A model generated the notes under the pieces. The model did not search any database, was not told the DNA's origin, and was given only the letters and a program-made list of their open reading frames with translations. Made by a program: the position numbers and the translations under genes. From Acidobacteriota bacterium (GTDB lineage: Bacteria > Acidobacteriota > Thermoanaerobaculia > Multivoradales > UBA5704): DNA of 64,000 nucleotides. Shown one piece after another: positions 24,896 through 35,186 of this stretch. The stretch spans positions 32,144 to 96,143 of the forward strand of contig JBDTZG010000019.1 in assembly GCA_040005235.1 (NCBI GenBank), read 5' to 3'. Every line of letters begins with the position of its first letter. The stretch's first letter is position 1.

Positions 24896-27505
24896 CTATG
24901 GATAGTAGCCCGGGATCGCCTTCGCTTCGAGGCCTGGCTTTTGGAGTTTGATCTGGACTTGGCGGAATTTGTCGCGGCTGCCGTTGCCGCTTTGGGTCGA
25001 CTGGTAGGCGAGCAGGTACTGGCTGCGGACCTCTTCCTCGATCGACTTGTAGACGCCTTCCAGCTCGCTCGCCTTGTCGACGAAGAAGAAGTGGCCCCCC
25101 GTCTGTTCGGCGAGCTGGAGGAGCTTCAGGCGCACGTCGGCGTCTTTGGTCGAGAGGTGGATGCCGACCGAGTAGATCGCCACGCCGGAGCGCTTGGCGT
25201 ATTCCAGGGCGTCGGCGTAGGTGTAGTGGCTCCCCTCGTCCCGGCCGTCGGAGAGCAGCAGGATCGCGCGCTTGCCGCGCAGACCGCCGAAATCGAATAG
25301 GGCTTGGATGATCGTGTCGTAGAGCGCGGTGTTGCCTTCGGCGACCAGGTTCGCGAGCCCTCCGGCGAGGACTTCCTTGTCGTTGGTGAACGGCACCGCG
25401 ACGACCGGTTTGTCGCTGAAGGTGAGGACCATCGCCCGGTCTTTGGGCGTGATCACGGTCTCGAAGAAACGGAGCGCGCCTTGGACCGCTTCGGTCAGCT
25501 CTTCGGACATGGAGGCAGAGGTGTCGAGCAGAACGCCCGCGTAGATCGGCAGGTCGTTCACCTTCTCGAAGCGGGCGATCGGCTGCTCGACGCCGTCCTC
25601 GGTGACCTTGAAATCCTTCTTTTCGAGCCCCTCGACCGGCCGGCCGCGGCGATCGAGGACCGAGGTGTAGAGCTCGACGAAATCGACGTCCACCTCCGCC
25701 GATTCCGGCGCGTTGATCAGCACCGTGTCCTCGGCCGAATTGCCGTCTCGAAGGTAGGCGACCGCGCGCACGTAGCTCACCTGATTCCCCTCGGGGAGGA
25801 GGATCGGCTGGACGAACGGGCGCTGGTAGAGGGTGGCGACTCGCGTCTCGTCGAGAAACATCTCCACTCGTTCGAGCTCGTCGCCCTGCGGCACGTCCAC
25901 CTCGGCCTGGGCGCGCAGGCTCGACGTGTAGGCCTTCCCCGGCTGCGGTTCGACCAGGCGGACCGAGAAGCGGTGCGGCCCGGCGTTCAGCAGGATCTCG
26001 TCGCTCGCGAGCTGGACGCCCTGGGCGTCTAAGGCGCGGACCTTCAACTGGTGGGCGCGCGGCTGAAGCCCAAGCGGCAGATCGACGCTCCAGGGCGGAC
26101 GCGACTTGGCGAGGATCGCCCGGCCGTTCAGCTCGAACGACAGTTTGGCGATCCCCTCGCCGGTGGTGATCGCTTCCACCCGCGCCGTGCCGGTCTTCAA
26201 GCCAGGGCTCGGGGGAAGGATGCGCACGGTCTGCTCGCCGGCGGGGATGGCGGCGTTCGCCTCGGCGAGCCGCGGATCGCCCGTGCTGAGAGGGGCGGGA
26301 GCGCTCGCCACCACCACGGAGGCCGCCGCATCGGGAACGCCCGGGACGGTCAGCTCGCGCTCGTCGCGAAAATAGCGCTTGCCTCCGGCGTCTTCGACCC
26401 GGACGATCATATGGTAGAGGCCGGGCCGGAGCGTCCGCTCGAACACCAGCGGGATGTCCGCGCCGCGCGCATCGGTTTCGGGCAGGGTGAAGCGGTAGCG
26501 GAACTGGTCGAACAGCTCCCCTTCGCGCAGCACCTCGCCGTCGACCACGAAGTCGTAGGACGCCCGATCGCCCACCTTGGCGAGCCCCGCGTCCGTCTTG
26601 GCGACCGCGAGCTGCCCTTGGACGATCGTCCGGCTCTGGCGCCGGGCGGGGAAGGCGAGCTCGAGCCGAGCCGGCAGCAGCCCCGCCCCCTCCGGCAGAT
26701 CGGTCGAGCGAGAGAGGAAGCTCTTGAGCCATTCGTCGCCTGGTTTCGGCACCAGCGGGAGCTTGGTTTCGGCCTGGCTCCAGTCGATCGACTGGGAGAG
26801 CGCGGTAATGATCGAATCGCCGCGCGGACAGCCTGAGATCGCCCGCGCCGCGGCCGCTTCGGTGTCGCCTGGGTTGCCGAGCTGGCTCGGCGGCACGGCG
26901 GAGGCCGTGAGGCTGAGCAGGCGCGAGGGACCTTCGTTGGGGTACCAGAGGCGATAGGCGCCGCGGACTCCGCCGGTCGGTTGATAGAAGATCAGATTGA
27001 AGAAGCCGTGGATCAGCTCGTTCGATGTGTACGACCAGACCTCGATCGGCAGCATCGCCTCGGGGCAGCGGAACTCCTCGACCTTCGCCGGGACGCCGTT
27101 CCAGAGCATCATCTTCGCCCGGTCTTCGGTCAGGTTGCCGAAGCGCTGGCGGGCGATCTCGGAACGCTCCTTCCAACGGTCCTCGAGCTCATTGCGGCCG
27201 GTTTCGGGGTAGGGATCGCGCACGCTCCAGAAGCGGCGGATGAACGAGTCGCGCTGGTAGTCCTGCTTGAGCGCCAGAAACGCCGCGCGCTCCGGGGAGG
27301 AGATCAGGAGCGCCACGTCTTCGAGCCACTGCTGATGGCGCGGAGCCAGCTCCGCGGCATCTGGAGGGAGAACCGGGGCCGGCGTTTCCGTAGCGGGGGG
27401 CTTGGCGGCCTGCAAGGTTCGCGGGGCGGCCAAGGTTCCCACGGCTCCTCCGGCGAGAGCCGCCGTGAGGAGAAAACCTACCGAGCCCCGTCCGAGCTTC
27501 GACAT
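24896..27505 (-). CDS. Secreted GWxTD-like + Ig-like + VWA domain protein (paralog 2)
   Basis: Signal peptide; FIRRFWSVRDPYPET, DRAKMMLWNGVP, EVWSY; VWA with LLDTSASM, TALYD, LLSDG, LAEQTGG. Confidence 0.85.
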   Translation of the reverse strand: MSKLGRGSVGFLLTAALAGGAVGTLAAPRTLQAAKPPATETPAPVLPPDAAELAPRHQQWLEDVALLISSPERAAFLALKQDYQRDSFIRRFWSVRDPYPETGRNELEDRWKERSEIARQRFGNLTEDRAKMMLWNGVPAKVEEFRCPEAMLPIEVWSYTSNELIHGFFNLIFYQPTGGVRGAYRLWYPNEGPSRLLSLTASAVPPSQLGNPGDTEAAAARAISGCPRGDSIITALSQSIDWSQAETKLPLVPKPGDEWLKSFLSRSTDLPEGAGLLPARLELAFPARRQSRTIVQGQLAVAKTDAGLAKVGDRASYDFVVDGEVLREGELFDQFRYRFTLPETDARGADIPLVFERTLRPGLYHMIVRVEDAGGKRYFRDERELTVPGVPDAAASVVVASAPAPLSTGDPRLAEANAAIPAGEQTVRILPPSPGLKTGTARVEAITTGEGIAKLSFELNGRAILAKSRPPWSVDLPLGLQPRAHQLKVRALDAQGVQLASDEILLNAGPHRFSVRLVEPQPGKAYTSSLRAQAEVDVPQGDELERVEMFLDETRVATLYQRPFVQPILLPEGNQVSYVRAVAYLRDGNSAEDTVLINAPESAEVDVDFVELYTSVLDRRGRPVEGLEKKDFKVTEDGVEQPIARFEKVNDLPIYAGVLLDTSASMSEELTEAVQGALRFFETVITPKDRAMVLTFSDKPVVAVPFTNDKEVLAGGLANLVAEGNTALYDTIIQALFDFGGLRGKRAILLLSDGRDEGSHYTYADALEYAKRSGVAIYSVGIHLSTKDADVRLKLLQLAEQTGGHFFFVDKASELEGVYKSIEEEVRSQYLLAYQSTQSGNGSRDKFRQVQIKLQKPGLEAKAIPGYYP

Positions 27506-27587
27506 CGTCGGGTGATCCTACGCGCGCTGGTCGATCCCGACAACGGCGTGGGACGAATTGACGGGAACGGGGGCTGAGGTGCCCACC

Positions 27588-30212
27588 CTACGGGTAATAC
27601 CCCCGCAGCGTCTTTGCCTCCAGCCCCGGCTTGCCGACCTTGCACTCGATGGTGCGGAAGTTCGTGTCGTCCGAGCTGTTGGTCGACTGGTAGGCGATCA
27701 GGTACTGCGAGCGCAGCTCCTGCTCGATCTCGGTGTAGATCCGTGACAGCTCCTCCCCTTTTTGGACGAAGAACGACCGGCCGCCGGTCTCCTCGGCGAG
27801 CTTGGTCAGCTTCCGCTTGTCGAGATCCTTGCCCAAGCCGATCGAGTAGATCGTCACCCCGGCGCGGCGGGCGTAATCGAGCGCGTCCTCGTAGGAGAAT
27901 TTGCTGTTCTCGTCCTTGCCGTCGGAGAGCAGCAGGATCGCCCGCTGCCCCTTGATGCCGTTGAAGTAGTAGAGCGTAAAGACCAGGCTGTCGTAGAGGG
28001 CGGTGCCGCGCTCGGCCTTCACCCCGGCGAGGCCGCCGGCGAGGGTCCCCAGATCCTTGGTGAACTTCGCGGTCAGGTTCGGCCGATCGTTGAAGGTGAT
28101 CACCGCGGCCCGGTCCTTCGGCTGGACCCGCTTCTCCAGGAATTCGAGCGCCGCGGCCCGCGCCGCGGGGAGGTTCGCTTCCATCGAGGCCGAGGTGTCG
28201 AGCAGGATCGCGGCGTGAATCGGCAGGTCGGTCACCTTTTCGAACCGGTTGATCTCCTGGGCGACGCCGTCTTCCGCGATCGAGAAATCTTTTTGCACGA
28301 GCCCATCGACCGGATGCCCGGCACGATCGAAGACGCTGGTGTACAGCTCGACGTACTGCACCTTCAGCTGCTGGAAGTCGTCGGGCGCGTTGACGAACGC
28401 CACGTCCTCGGTCGAGTTGCCGTCGGTCAAGTAGGCGACGGCCCGGACGTAGCCCAGCTCCAGATTCTTGGGCAGCACGATCGGCTGGGTGTAGGGCGCC
28501 TGGTAAAGGGTCGCCACCCGGTCCTCGTTCAGGTACAGCTCGACCCGTTCGACCAGCTCGCCGTCCGGCACCTGGACCTCGGCGCTCGCGGTGAGGCTTT
28601 TCACATAATGCTTGCCGCGCACCGGCTCGGTGAGGTGGACGCGGAAGCGCTGCCCCGCCGAGTTGAGCGCCACGGAATCGCTCGCCAGCTCCTTGCCCGA
28701 GGCGTCGAAGGCGGTGGCGATCAACTGGCGCGAGCGCGGCAGGGTGCCGAGATCCAGCTCGACGCTGTAGGGCGGCTTAGTCTTGGTGAGCAGGGGCTTG
28801 CCGTCCAGGCCGAACGTGACCTTCGCGATGTCCGGCCCGGTGGTGAGCGTGTCGAACCGGAGCATGCCGGTCTGCAGCTCGCCCGTCGGCGGGATGATCT
28901 GGAGGGTGTTCTCAGCCCGGCGGATCGCCGCGTTCGCTTCGGCGAGCAGGCTCGCGGTGGCGGCGTCCTCGGGCGGCGGAGGCGGCACTTCGCGATCCAC
29001 CTGCGGCACGATCACATCGCGCTCGGAGCGGTGGAACTTGCCGCCGTTGATGTCCTCGATCTTGATCACCATCTTGTAGCGCCCGGGGCGTAGATAGCGC
29101 TGGAACACCAGCGGCAGATTGGCCTGGGCGGGAAACTCGCCGGGGAAGTCGAACTTGTAGCGGAAGCTGTCGAACAGCACTTTGCCTTCGAGGACCTCGC
29201 CGGTCATCTGCAGGTTGTACGAGCGGTGCTCGCCGAGCTTCGCCTGGCCGATGTCGGCGGTGTTGACCGAGAACACCCCCTGGACGACCGTGCGGTTCTG
29301 GCGCCTGCCCGGGAACGCGAGATCGAGCTTCGCCGGGAAGCCGGGTGCGTCGGGCGGCACGTCGGTCGAATACGAGTTGAAGGTCGCCACCCACTCGCCG
29401 CTCGGACCCTTGGGCGGGGTTTCGATCTGCAGTTGGAGCGTCATGTAGCCGAGGCCCTGTTTCGCCACCCAGCTGATCCCCCCGGCGAGCTGGTCGCCGT
29501 CGCGGCATTCGTTCGCCACCCGCTCGAGCGAGGCGTTGTTGGAACCCTCGACGAACAGGGTGTCGAGCCCTTCCGCCGGCGCCCAAAGGCGGAACTGGCC
29601 CGCGCCCCAGCGCTGGTAGAAGACCAGGACGAACTCTTCCCGCAGGCGGTTGCCGCGGCCGTAGTACCAAACCTCCAAGGGCCAGAGCACGGTGGTGCAG
29701 CGCGAGGTGATCCGGCCGTCCGGCGGGCCGTTCAAGAGCATCAGCCGGGAGCGGTCGTCGGCTACGTTGCCGAAGCTCGCGCGCGCCTGCTCGATCGTCG
29801 ACTGCCAGCGGTCCTTGAATTCGTTCTTCGCGGTCTCGGGGTAAGGGTCGCGGACCTCCCAGAAGCGCTTGATGAACGCGTCGCGCTGGTAGTCCTTTTC
29901 CAGAGTCAGAAACCCGGCCTTCTCCTCGTCGGACAGGAGGATCGAAACCTCCTCGAACCAGGCGCGATACTCCTCGGAGAGCGCGGCGAGCAGCTTCTTC
30001 TGGGTCCCCCGGTCGAGCTTCTTCGGCTTTTTAGGCGCGGCGGGCGCCGGCGGCGCGGCCTTCGGGTTGGCGGGGGGGGGCGCCGGAGCGGCGAGATCGG
30101 GTGGCGCGGTGGGCGGCTTCGGTTCGTCCGCGCGGGCGGGTGAGGGGAGGCTCGAAAACCCTAGCGCTCCGGACAAAGAGAGTAGAGCGACCGTCCGCGT
30201 AAATCGACGCAT
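27588..30212 (-). CDS. Secreted GWxTD-like + Ig-like + VWA domain protein (paralog 1)
   Basis: Signal peptide MRRFTRTVALLSLSGALG; FIKRFWEVRDPYPET, LNGPPD, EVWYY; LLDTSASM, TALYD, LLSDG; start reset to ATG 30212. Confidence 0.85.
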   Translation of the reverse strand: MRRFTRTVALLSLSGALGFSSLPSPARADEPKPPTAPPDLAAPAPPPANPKAAPPAPAAPKKPKKLDRGTQKKLLAALSEEYRAWFEEVSILLSDEEKAGFLTLEKDYQRDAFIKRFWEVRDPYPETAKNEFKDRWQSTIEQARASFGNVADDRSRLMLLNGPPDGRITSRCTTVLWPLEVWYYGRGNRLREEFVLVFYQRWGAGQFRLWAPAEGLDTLFVEGSNNASLERVANECRDGDQLAGGISWVAKQGLGYMTLQLQIETPPKGPSGEWVATFNSYSTDVPPDAPGFPAKLDLAFPGRRQNRTVVQGVFSVNTADIGQAKLGEHRSYNLQMTGEVLEGKVLFDSFRYKFDFPGEFPAQANLPLVFQRYLRPGRYKMVIKIEDINGGKFHRSERDVIVPQVDREVPPPPPEDAATASLLAEANAAIRRAENTLQIIPPTGELQTGMLRFDTLTTGPDIAKVTFGLDGKPLLTKTKPPYSVELDLGTLPRSRQLIATAFDASGKELASDSVALNSAGQRFRVHLTEPVRGKHYVKSLTASAEVQVPDGELVERVELYLNEDRVATLYQAPYTQPIVLPKNLELGYVRAVAYLTDGNSTEDVAFVNAPDDFQQLKVQYVELYTSVFDRAGHPVDGLVQKDFSIAEDGVAQEINRFEKVTDLPIHAAILLDTSASMEANLPAARAAALEFLEKRVQPKDRAAVITFNDRPNLTAKFTKDLGTLAGGLAGVKAERGTALYDSLVFTLYYFNGIKGQRAILLLSDGKDENSKFSYEDALDYARRAGVTIYSIGLGKDLDKRKLTKLAEETGGRSFFVQKGEELSRIYTEIEQELRSQYLIAYQSTNSSDDTNFRTIECKVGKPGLEAKTLRGYYP

Positions 30213-30296
30213 GAAGCCCCGCTTTCGTAAAACCGTCCTCGGTAGGGGGCTGGAATGCCCACCCCGGTGGACGGCACCGGTTACAATACCCGTTCC

Positions 30297-31484
30297 ATGG
30301 CCGCTGTCTACCTCGACCACAACGCGACGTCGCCGCTCGACCCAAGGGTCCGAGAGGCGATGCTGCCGTGGCTTGGGGAACGGCATGGCAACCCGTCGTC
30401 CTTGCATGCTTTCGGCCAGGGGGCGCGGAACGCGATCGAGGAGGCGCGCGAGAAGGTCGCGGCGCTCCTCGGCGCTCGGCCGGCCGAGATCGTCTTTACC
30501 GCCTCGGGCACCGAGGCCAACAACGCGGTGCTGTTCGATCTGGCGTTTGCCCCTTCGAAGGACGGACTTCCCAAGAGAGTCGTGACCTCCGGTTTCGAGC
30601 ACCCTTCGGTGCGCGAGGCGGCGAACCGTCTGGGGGACCGAGGGTTCGAAATCGAAAGGATCGCGCCGCGCGGCGGAACGGTCGATGCCGACGAGATGAT
30701 CGCGGCGCTCGCCCCCGGCCCGAACCGCCCCGCCGCGAGCCTCGCGGCGCTGATGCTCGCGAACAACGAGCTGGGGACGATCCAGCCGGTCGCCCAAGTC
30801 GCCCGGGCCGCCCGCGCGTTCGGCGTGCCGGTTCTCTGCGACGCGGTCCAAGCGGTGGGCAAGATCCCCGTTTCGGTGGCTGAGCTGGACGTCGACGCGT
30901 TGGTTCTGGGGGGCCACAAGTTCCACGGCCCGCTCGGCGCCGCGGCGCTCTGGCTGCGGAAGGGGTTCGATCTCCACGGCTACTTGGTGGGCGGCAGCCA
31001 GGAGCGCCGCCGCCGCGCTGGGACCGAGAACGTACCGGCGATCGTCGGCTTGGGGGTTGCGGCAGAGATTGCCGCGCGGGAGCTGGAGACGCGGCATCGC
31101 CATCTCGCCGGGCTCCGCGACCGGATCGAGCGCGGGATCTTGGAGTCCACCCAAATCGCCGACGCCCGCATCCACTGCACCGATCGGCCGCGCCTGCCGA
31201 ACACGACGCACATCGCCTTTTCCGGCGTCGAAGGGGAGGCACTGTTGATCCGCCTCGATCTCGCCGGATTCGCGGTCTCGACGGGGTCGGCCTGCTCTTC
31301 CGGAACGGTCGAGCCGAGCAAGGGGATGCTCGCGGCCGGTTTCTCGCCCGAAGAGGCGCTCTCGTCGCTTCGGGTCAGCGTCGGCATGACCAACACCGAG
31401 GCGGAGATCGACGCTTTCCTGGAATCGCTGCCGCGCGAAGTGGCCGCGCTCCGCCGCTTCGCGCCGGTTCCGGTGTCGCGATGA
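30297..31484 (+). CDS. iscS: Cysteine desulfurase (IscS/NifS type)
   Basis: YLDHNATS, GNPSSLH, FTASGTEANN, ANNELG, DAVQAVGK, GHKFHGP, STGSACSSG. Confidence 0.88.
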   Translation: MAAVYLDHNATSPLDPRVREAMLPWLGERHGNPSSLHAFGQGARNAIEEAREKVAALLGARPAEIVFTASGTEANNAVLFDLAFAPSKDGLPKRVVTSGFEHPSVREAANRLGDRGFEIERIAPRGGTVDADEMIAALAPGPNRPAASLAALMLANNELGTIQPVAQVARAARAFGVPVLCDAVQAVGKIPVSVAELDVDALVLGGHKFHGPLGAAALWLRKGFDLHGYLVGGSQERRRRAGTENVPAIVGLGVAAEIAARELETRHRHLAGLRDRIERGILESTQIADARIHCTDRPRLPNTTHIAFSGVEGEALLIRLDLAGFAVSTGSACSSGTVEPSKGMLAAGFSPEEALSSLRVSVGMTNTEAEIDAFLESLPREVAALRRFAPVPVSR

Positions 31485-32713
31485 GCGCACGAATCGAAAT
31501 GGTGCCCGATGCGCCTGGCCCGGTCGCGCCCGGCCCGGCTACGTCCGGTCTGACCGCGGTCGCGATGAGTGGCGGGCTCGATTCCTCCGTCGTCGCCTGG
31601 CTGCTCGCCCAAGAGGGACAGCCGGTGGTGGGCCTTTCGATGCTCCTCTGGGATCGCTCGGACGAGGTCAGCAACGGCCGCTGCTGCGGCGCGCTCGATC
31701 TGGGCGACGCCAAGCGCGTGGCCCAGCAGGCGGGGATTCCCCACTACACCCTGCGGATGGACCAGGAGTTCCGCGAGAAGGTGGTCGATCCCTTCGTCGG
31801 CGATTACCTCGCCGGGCGGACGCCGAGCCCGTGCGTCGCCTGCAACACCTGGATCAAATTCGACCTGCTCTGGCAAAAGGCGCGCGCCTTCGGCGCGGAA
31901 AAGCTCGCGACCGGCCACTACGCGCGAATCGTCGCCGGTCCCGAAGGGCCGGAGCTGCACACCGCGACGAACCCGGAGAAGGATCAGAGCTACTACCTGT
32001 TCGAGCTGTCGGCCGAGCAGCTGGCCGCCTCGCAGTTTCCCCTGGGCGAGCTCACCAAGACCCGAGTGCGCGAGCTGGCCCGCGAGGCGGGTCTCGCGGT
32101 CGCCGAAAAAGGCGAGAGCATGGAGGTCTGCTTCGTCGCCGGAGGGATACGCGAGTTCGTCGAAAGCGAAGCCGCCGCTGCGCCGGAGCGGTTCAAGATC
32201 CTCACTCATCGCGACGCTCCGAACGGGGAGCCCGCCGCCTTTGGCACTCCGGCGATCCTGGTCGACCGCGAAGGGAACGAGCTCGGTCGCGGCGAGCCCT
32301 ACTACCGCTACACCGTAGGCCAGCGGCGCGGCCTGGGGCTCTCCTCGGCCAACCGGCTCTACGTGCTGCGTATCGAACCGGAGGCGAACCGCGTGGTCGT
32401 GGGTTCGGACGAAGAGCTGTTCGCCCGGGGCCTCACTGCCGAGCGGCTCCACTGGATCGGCCCGCCCCCCGAAGGCGCGGATCGAGGGGTCGAGGCGACG
32501 GTGAAGATCCGCTCCCGCCACCCGGGAGTTACCGCGCGCATCGTGTCGCTCCCCGGCGGCCGGGCCGAGGTCGAGTTCGAGACCCCCCAGCGAGGGGTGG
32601 CGCCGGGCCAGGCGGCGGTGTTCTATCGGGGAACCCGCGTGCTTGGGGGGTGTTGGATTACTGGGGAGTTGCTACCTCGGAACCCGGGAACCCAGGGCGT
32701 TGCCCTGGGCTAA
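31481..32713 (+). CDS. mnmA: tRNA 2-thiouridylase MnmA
   Basis: AMSGGLDSSV, GRTPSPCVACN, ATGHYAR, KDQSYYL, ESMEVCF, YTVGQRRGLG, APGQAAVFY. Confidence 0.93.
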   Translation: MSARIEMVPDAPGPVAPGPATSGLTAVAMSGGLDSSVVAWLLAQEGQPVVGLSMLLWDRSDEVSNGRCCGALDLGDAKRVAQQAGIPHYTLRMDQEFREKVVDPFVGDYLAGRTPSPCVACNTWIKFDLLWQKARAFGAEKLATGHYARIVAGPEGPELHTATNPEKDQSYYLFELSAEQLAASQFPLGELTKTRVRELAREAGLAVAEKGESMEVCFVAGGIREFVESEAAAAPERFKILTHRDAPNGEPAAFGTPAILVDREGNELGRGEPYYRYTVGQRRGLGLSSANRLYVLRIEPEANRVVVGSDEELFARGLTAERLHWIGPPPEGADRGVEATVKIRSRHPGVTARIVSLPGGRAEVEFETPQRGVAPGQAAVFYRGTRVLGGCWITGELLPRNPGTQGVALG

Positions 32714-32824
32714 CGTAATCCGCCCCGTTGGGGCGGGCGACATCGGCCGATGTTGTGATGTTGCTCGCCCCGAAGGGGCAGCCTAAGGTAGCCCGGGGCA
32801 ACGCCCTGGGTTCCCGGGTTCCGA
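32677..32824. repeat. Inverted REP pair (REPIN-like)
   Basis: TCGGAACCCGGGAACCCAGGGCGTTGCCCTGGGCTA (32677-32712) is nearly the reverse complement of TAGCCCGGGGCAACGCCCTGGGTTCCCGGGTTCCGA (32789-32824). Confidence 0.8.
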
Positions 32825-32870
32825 TTTACACCCGGGGTTCCGATTACACCTTGGGTTCCGATTACACCCC
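32816..32870. repeat. Three copies of GGGTTCCGATT(T)ACACC
   Basis: 18-19 bp tandem units; the last overlaps the stop codon of the sugar transferase. Confidence 0.75.
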
Positions 32871-34280
32871 CCGCGAAGTCAGCACGATCTTCACCGTCCG
32901 GACTAGAATCGAAAAGTCCAGCCCGAGCGACCAGTTGGCGATGTAGGCCAGCTCATAGCGCAGCTTGTTCTGCGGGCTGGAGTGGTAATCCCCGTTCACC
33001 TGGGCAAGACCGGTGAGGCCGGGCGCCACCGAAAAACGCTCGGCGTAGCCGGGGACCTCGGCGAGAAACCGTTCGACGAAACCGGGGCGCTCGGGCCGCG
33101 GGCCGACCAGGCTCATGCTGCCGGCGAGCACGTTGGCGAGCTGGGGGATTTCGTCGATCCGGAAACGACGGAGAAACGCCCCGATCGGCGTCAGGCGCGG
33201 ATCGTCCACCTCGGCCAACACTTCGCCGCTTGCCGCCTCGGCGTCGACCTGCATCGACCTCAGTTTGTACACCATGAACGGCCGCCGATCGCGCCCCGCC
33301 CGCTCCTGGCGATAGAGGACGGGACCGGGAGAGGTCAGGCGAACGGCGAGGGCGGCCAGCACGAAAACGGGCGCCAGGACCAGTGCCAGGAGGGTGCCCG
33401 CGGCCAGGTCGAACAGCCGCTTGACCGGCCGGTTGATCCGCCATTCGGACTCCCGCACCACCTCGATCAACGGCAGGTCGTGTACCCAGCGATAGCGCAT
33501 CCGACCGATCAAGCTCTCGAACGGCCCGGGCAGCAGCAGGACGTTGGTGTGATCGGGCCGGCTGCCGGCGATCCGGTCGAGCAGCCGGGTCTGCCAGGAG
33601 TCCTCCCCGGCGGCTAGCACCACGTCGTCGATCGTGCCGGCCGCGAGCAAAGCGGGCAGATCGTCGATCGTCCCCAAACAGGGCCCAAGCGCCGCAGCCC
33701 CGCCGTTCAGCGAAGGGTCCGGGGCTCCTTGCCCATTGCCCCCGGAGGAGAGAGTCACATACCCGGCAACCTCCAACCCGTGCCAGCGGTGCGCGGCGAT
33801 CGCCGTGGCGATCTCGCGGGCGTCGATCCCTTCACCCACCAGAACCACCCGGCGATGGCTCCGCGGCCCGCGCCGGTTGGCCCACCGGCGCCAGACGACC
33901 AGCAGCACCAGGTCGAGCAGGGCATACAGCAGCAGAACCGAGCGCGGAAACGTCCGATTGGCGAAAAACAGATACCCGGTAAGCAGAGCGGCCTGGCCGA
34001 GCGTCGCGGGCAGCAACCGGCGCGACAGCTCCGCCACCGTAAGCGGTCGGTCGGCATCATAAAAACCGAAAAAGTAGAGCGCCACCAGCTGCGATACGAC
34101 CGCCGCCAACCCCTCCCGAACGAGAAACGAGATCCGGTCGGGCGGCAGCAGCCCCTGGGTGAACGGCAAAGGAAGGTGAATTCGCAGCCAGAACGCCAAC
34201 CCGAGGGCGGAAACCGCGATCAAAGCATCCCCCAACACCCGGGCCAAAGCCGAGCCCCGCCGTTCGCGAAGCGGATTCAT
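32862..34280 (-). CDS. Polyprenyl-phosphate sugar phosphotransferase (WcaJ/WbaP family)
   Basis: N-terminal TMs; VKRLFD, PVLYRQER, YKLRSM, DDPRLTPIG, IDEIPQL, MSLVGPRPE, PGLTGLAQV. Confidence 0.9.
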   Translation of the reverse strand: MNPLRERRGSALARVLGDALIAVSALGLAFWLRIHLPLPFTQGLLPPDRISFLVREGLAAVVSQLVALYFFGFYDADRPLTVAELSRRLLPATLGQAALLTGYLFFANRTFPRSVLLLYALLDLVLLVVWRRWANRRGPRSHRRVVLVGEGIDAREIATAIAAHRWHGLEVAGYVTLSSGGNGQGAPDPSLNGGAAALGPCLGTIDDLPALLAAGTIDDVVLAAGEDSWQTRLLDRIAGSRPDHTNVLLLPGPFESLIGRMRYRWVHDLPLIEVVRESEWRINRPVKRLFDLAAGTLLALVLAPVFVLAALAVRLTSPGPVLYRQERAGRDRRPFMVYKLRSMQVDAEAASGEVLAEVDDPRLTPIGAFLRRFRIDEIPQLANVLAGSMSLVGPRPERPGFVERFLAEVPGYAERFSVAPGLTGLAQVNGDYHSSPQNKLRYELAYIANWSLGLDFSILVRTVKIVLTSRGV

Positions 34281-34454
34281 CGGCCCCAGAGAGCGCGAAG
34301 GGAGGCAAAAGACCGGGGGCTCACCCCCCAACTCTATCGGAACCCGTCCACCCCCGAAGGAGCGCCGGGCCGCAAAATCCCCCCGGAAAATCTCGCCCTT
34401 GCCGCCCGGGCAGCTTTTCGTCTATCCTTCTGCCCCTGCAGTGGCCTTGCCTAC

Positions 34455-34531
34455 GCAGCCATAGCTCAACTGGATAGAGCAACAGACTACGAATCTGTAG
34501 GTTGGAGGTTCGACTCCTTCTGGCTGCACCA
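34455..34531 (+). tRNA. tRNA-Arg (anticodon ACG)
   Basis: GCAGCCA/TGGCTGC acceptor stem, D-arm TAGCTCAACTGGATAGAGC, ACAGA-CTACGAA-TCTGT, GTTCGAC, encoded CCA. Confidence 0.95.
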
Positions 34532-34781
34532 CCTTCTTTCCCCTTTATAATCAGCAGTTAGCGCGAGCGCCCCCCCGGCTCCTCTGCTTGGAGAGGTCTC
34601 GGGGTACCACCGCCATGCGGAGAGTCCCGGGCCTTGGAAGCCAGCCTGCGGCCGCGCATAACGCCACCTCGAGCGGTTAGAAGTAACCCCGGGATCATTC
34701 CGCATCGTGTGCAATACTTGGTCAACGTGTAGCGTTAGCGCTCATCCCCACCCCACCCCAACCCATGGTAGGATTTCTTGT

Positions 34782-35186
34782 GTGGATCTGCTCGCTGCAG
34801 AAGCTCGATCAGAAAATATGCGGCGAATTCGGGCTAAGGATACAGCGCCGGAGTTAGCAGTCCGCCGATTCTTACACCGGAATGGGAAGAGGTTTCGGCT
34901 CCATCGGACGGATCTCCCCGGCTCTCCCGATATAGTACTGACGAAGAACAAGGTCGCCATTTTCGTCCATGGCTGTTTCTGGCATGGCCATTCATGCCGG
35001 GACGGTCGTCGGCCGAAATCTAACCTTGGGTACTGGAACGCCAAGCTGGACAGTAACAGGCGGCGTGATTCGCGTATCCTTGCGGAAATCAGAGCCCTTG
35101 GCTGGCGCCCCTTAGTAGTATGGGCCTGCGAGACTCATGACCCCGATAAGCTCCGGGGCCTGCTGGTGGAGATCAATGGACTGTGA
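34782..35186 (+). CDS. vsr: Very short patch repair endonuclease
   Basis: RSENMRRIRAKDTAPE, LPGSPDIV, FVHGCFWHGH, YWNAKL, LGWRPLVVWACE. Confidence 0.92.
   Translation: MDLLAAEARSENMRRIRAKDTAPELAVRRFLHRNGKRFRLHRTDLPGSPDIVLTKNKVAIFVHGCFWHGHSCRDGRRPKSNLGYWNAKLDSNRRRDSRILAEIRALGWRPLVVWACETHDPDKLRGLLVEINGL

Noticed and set aside
30213-31490. N-terminal 426 aa of the 1300-aa ORF
   Set aside because: Antisense shadow of iscS; the signal peptide starts at ATG 30212.
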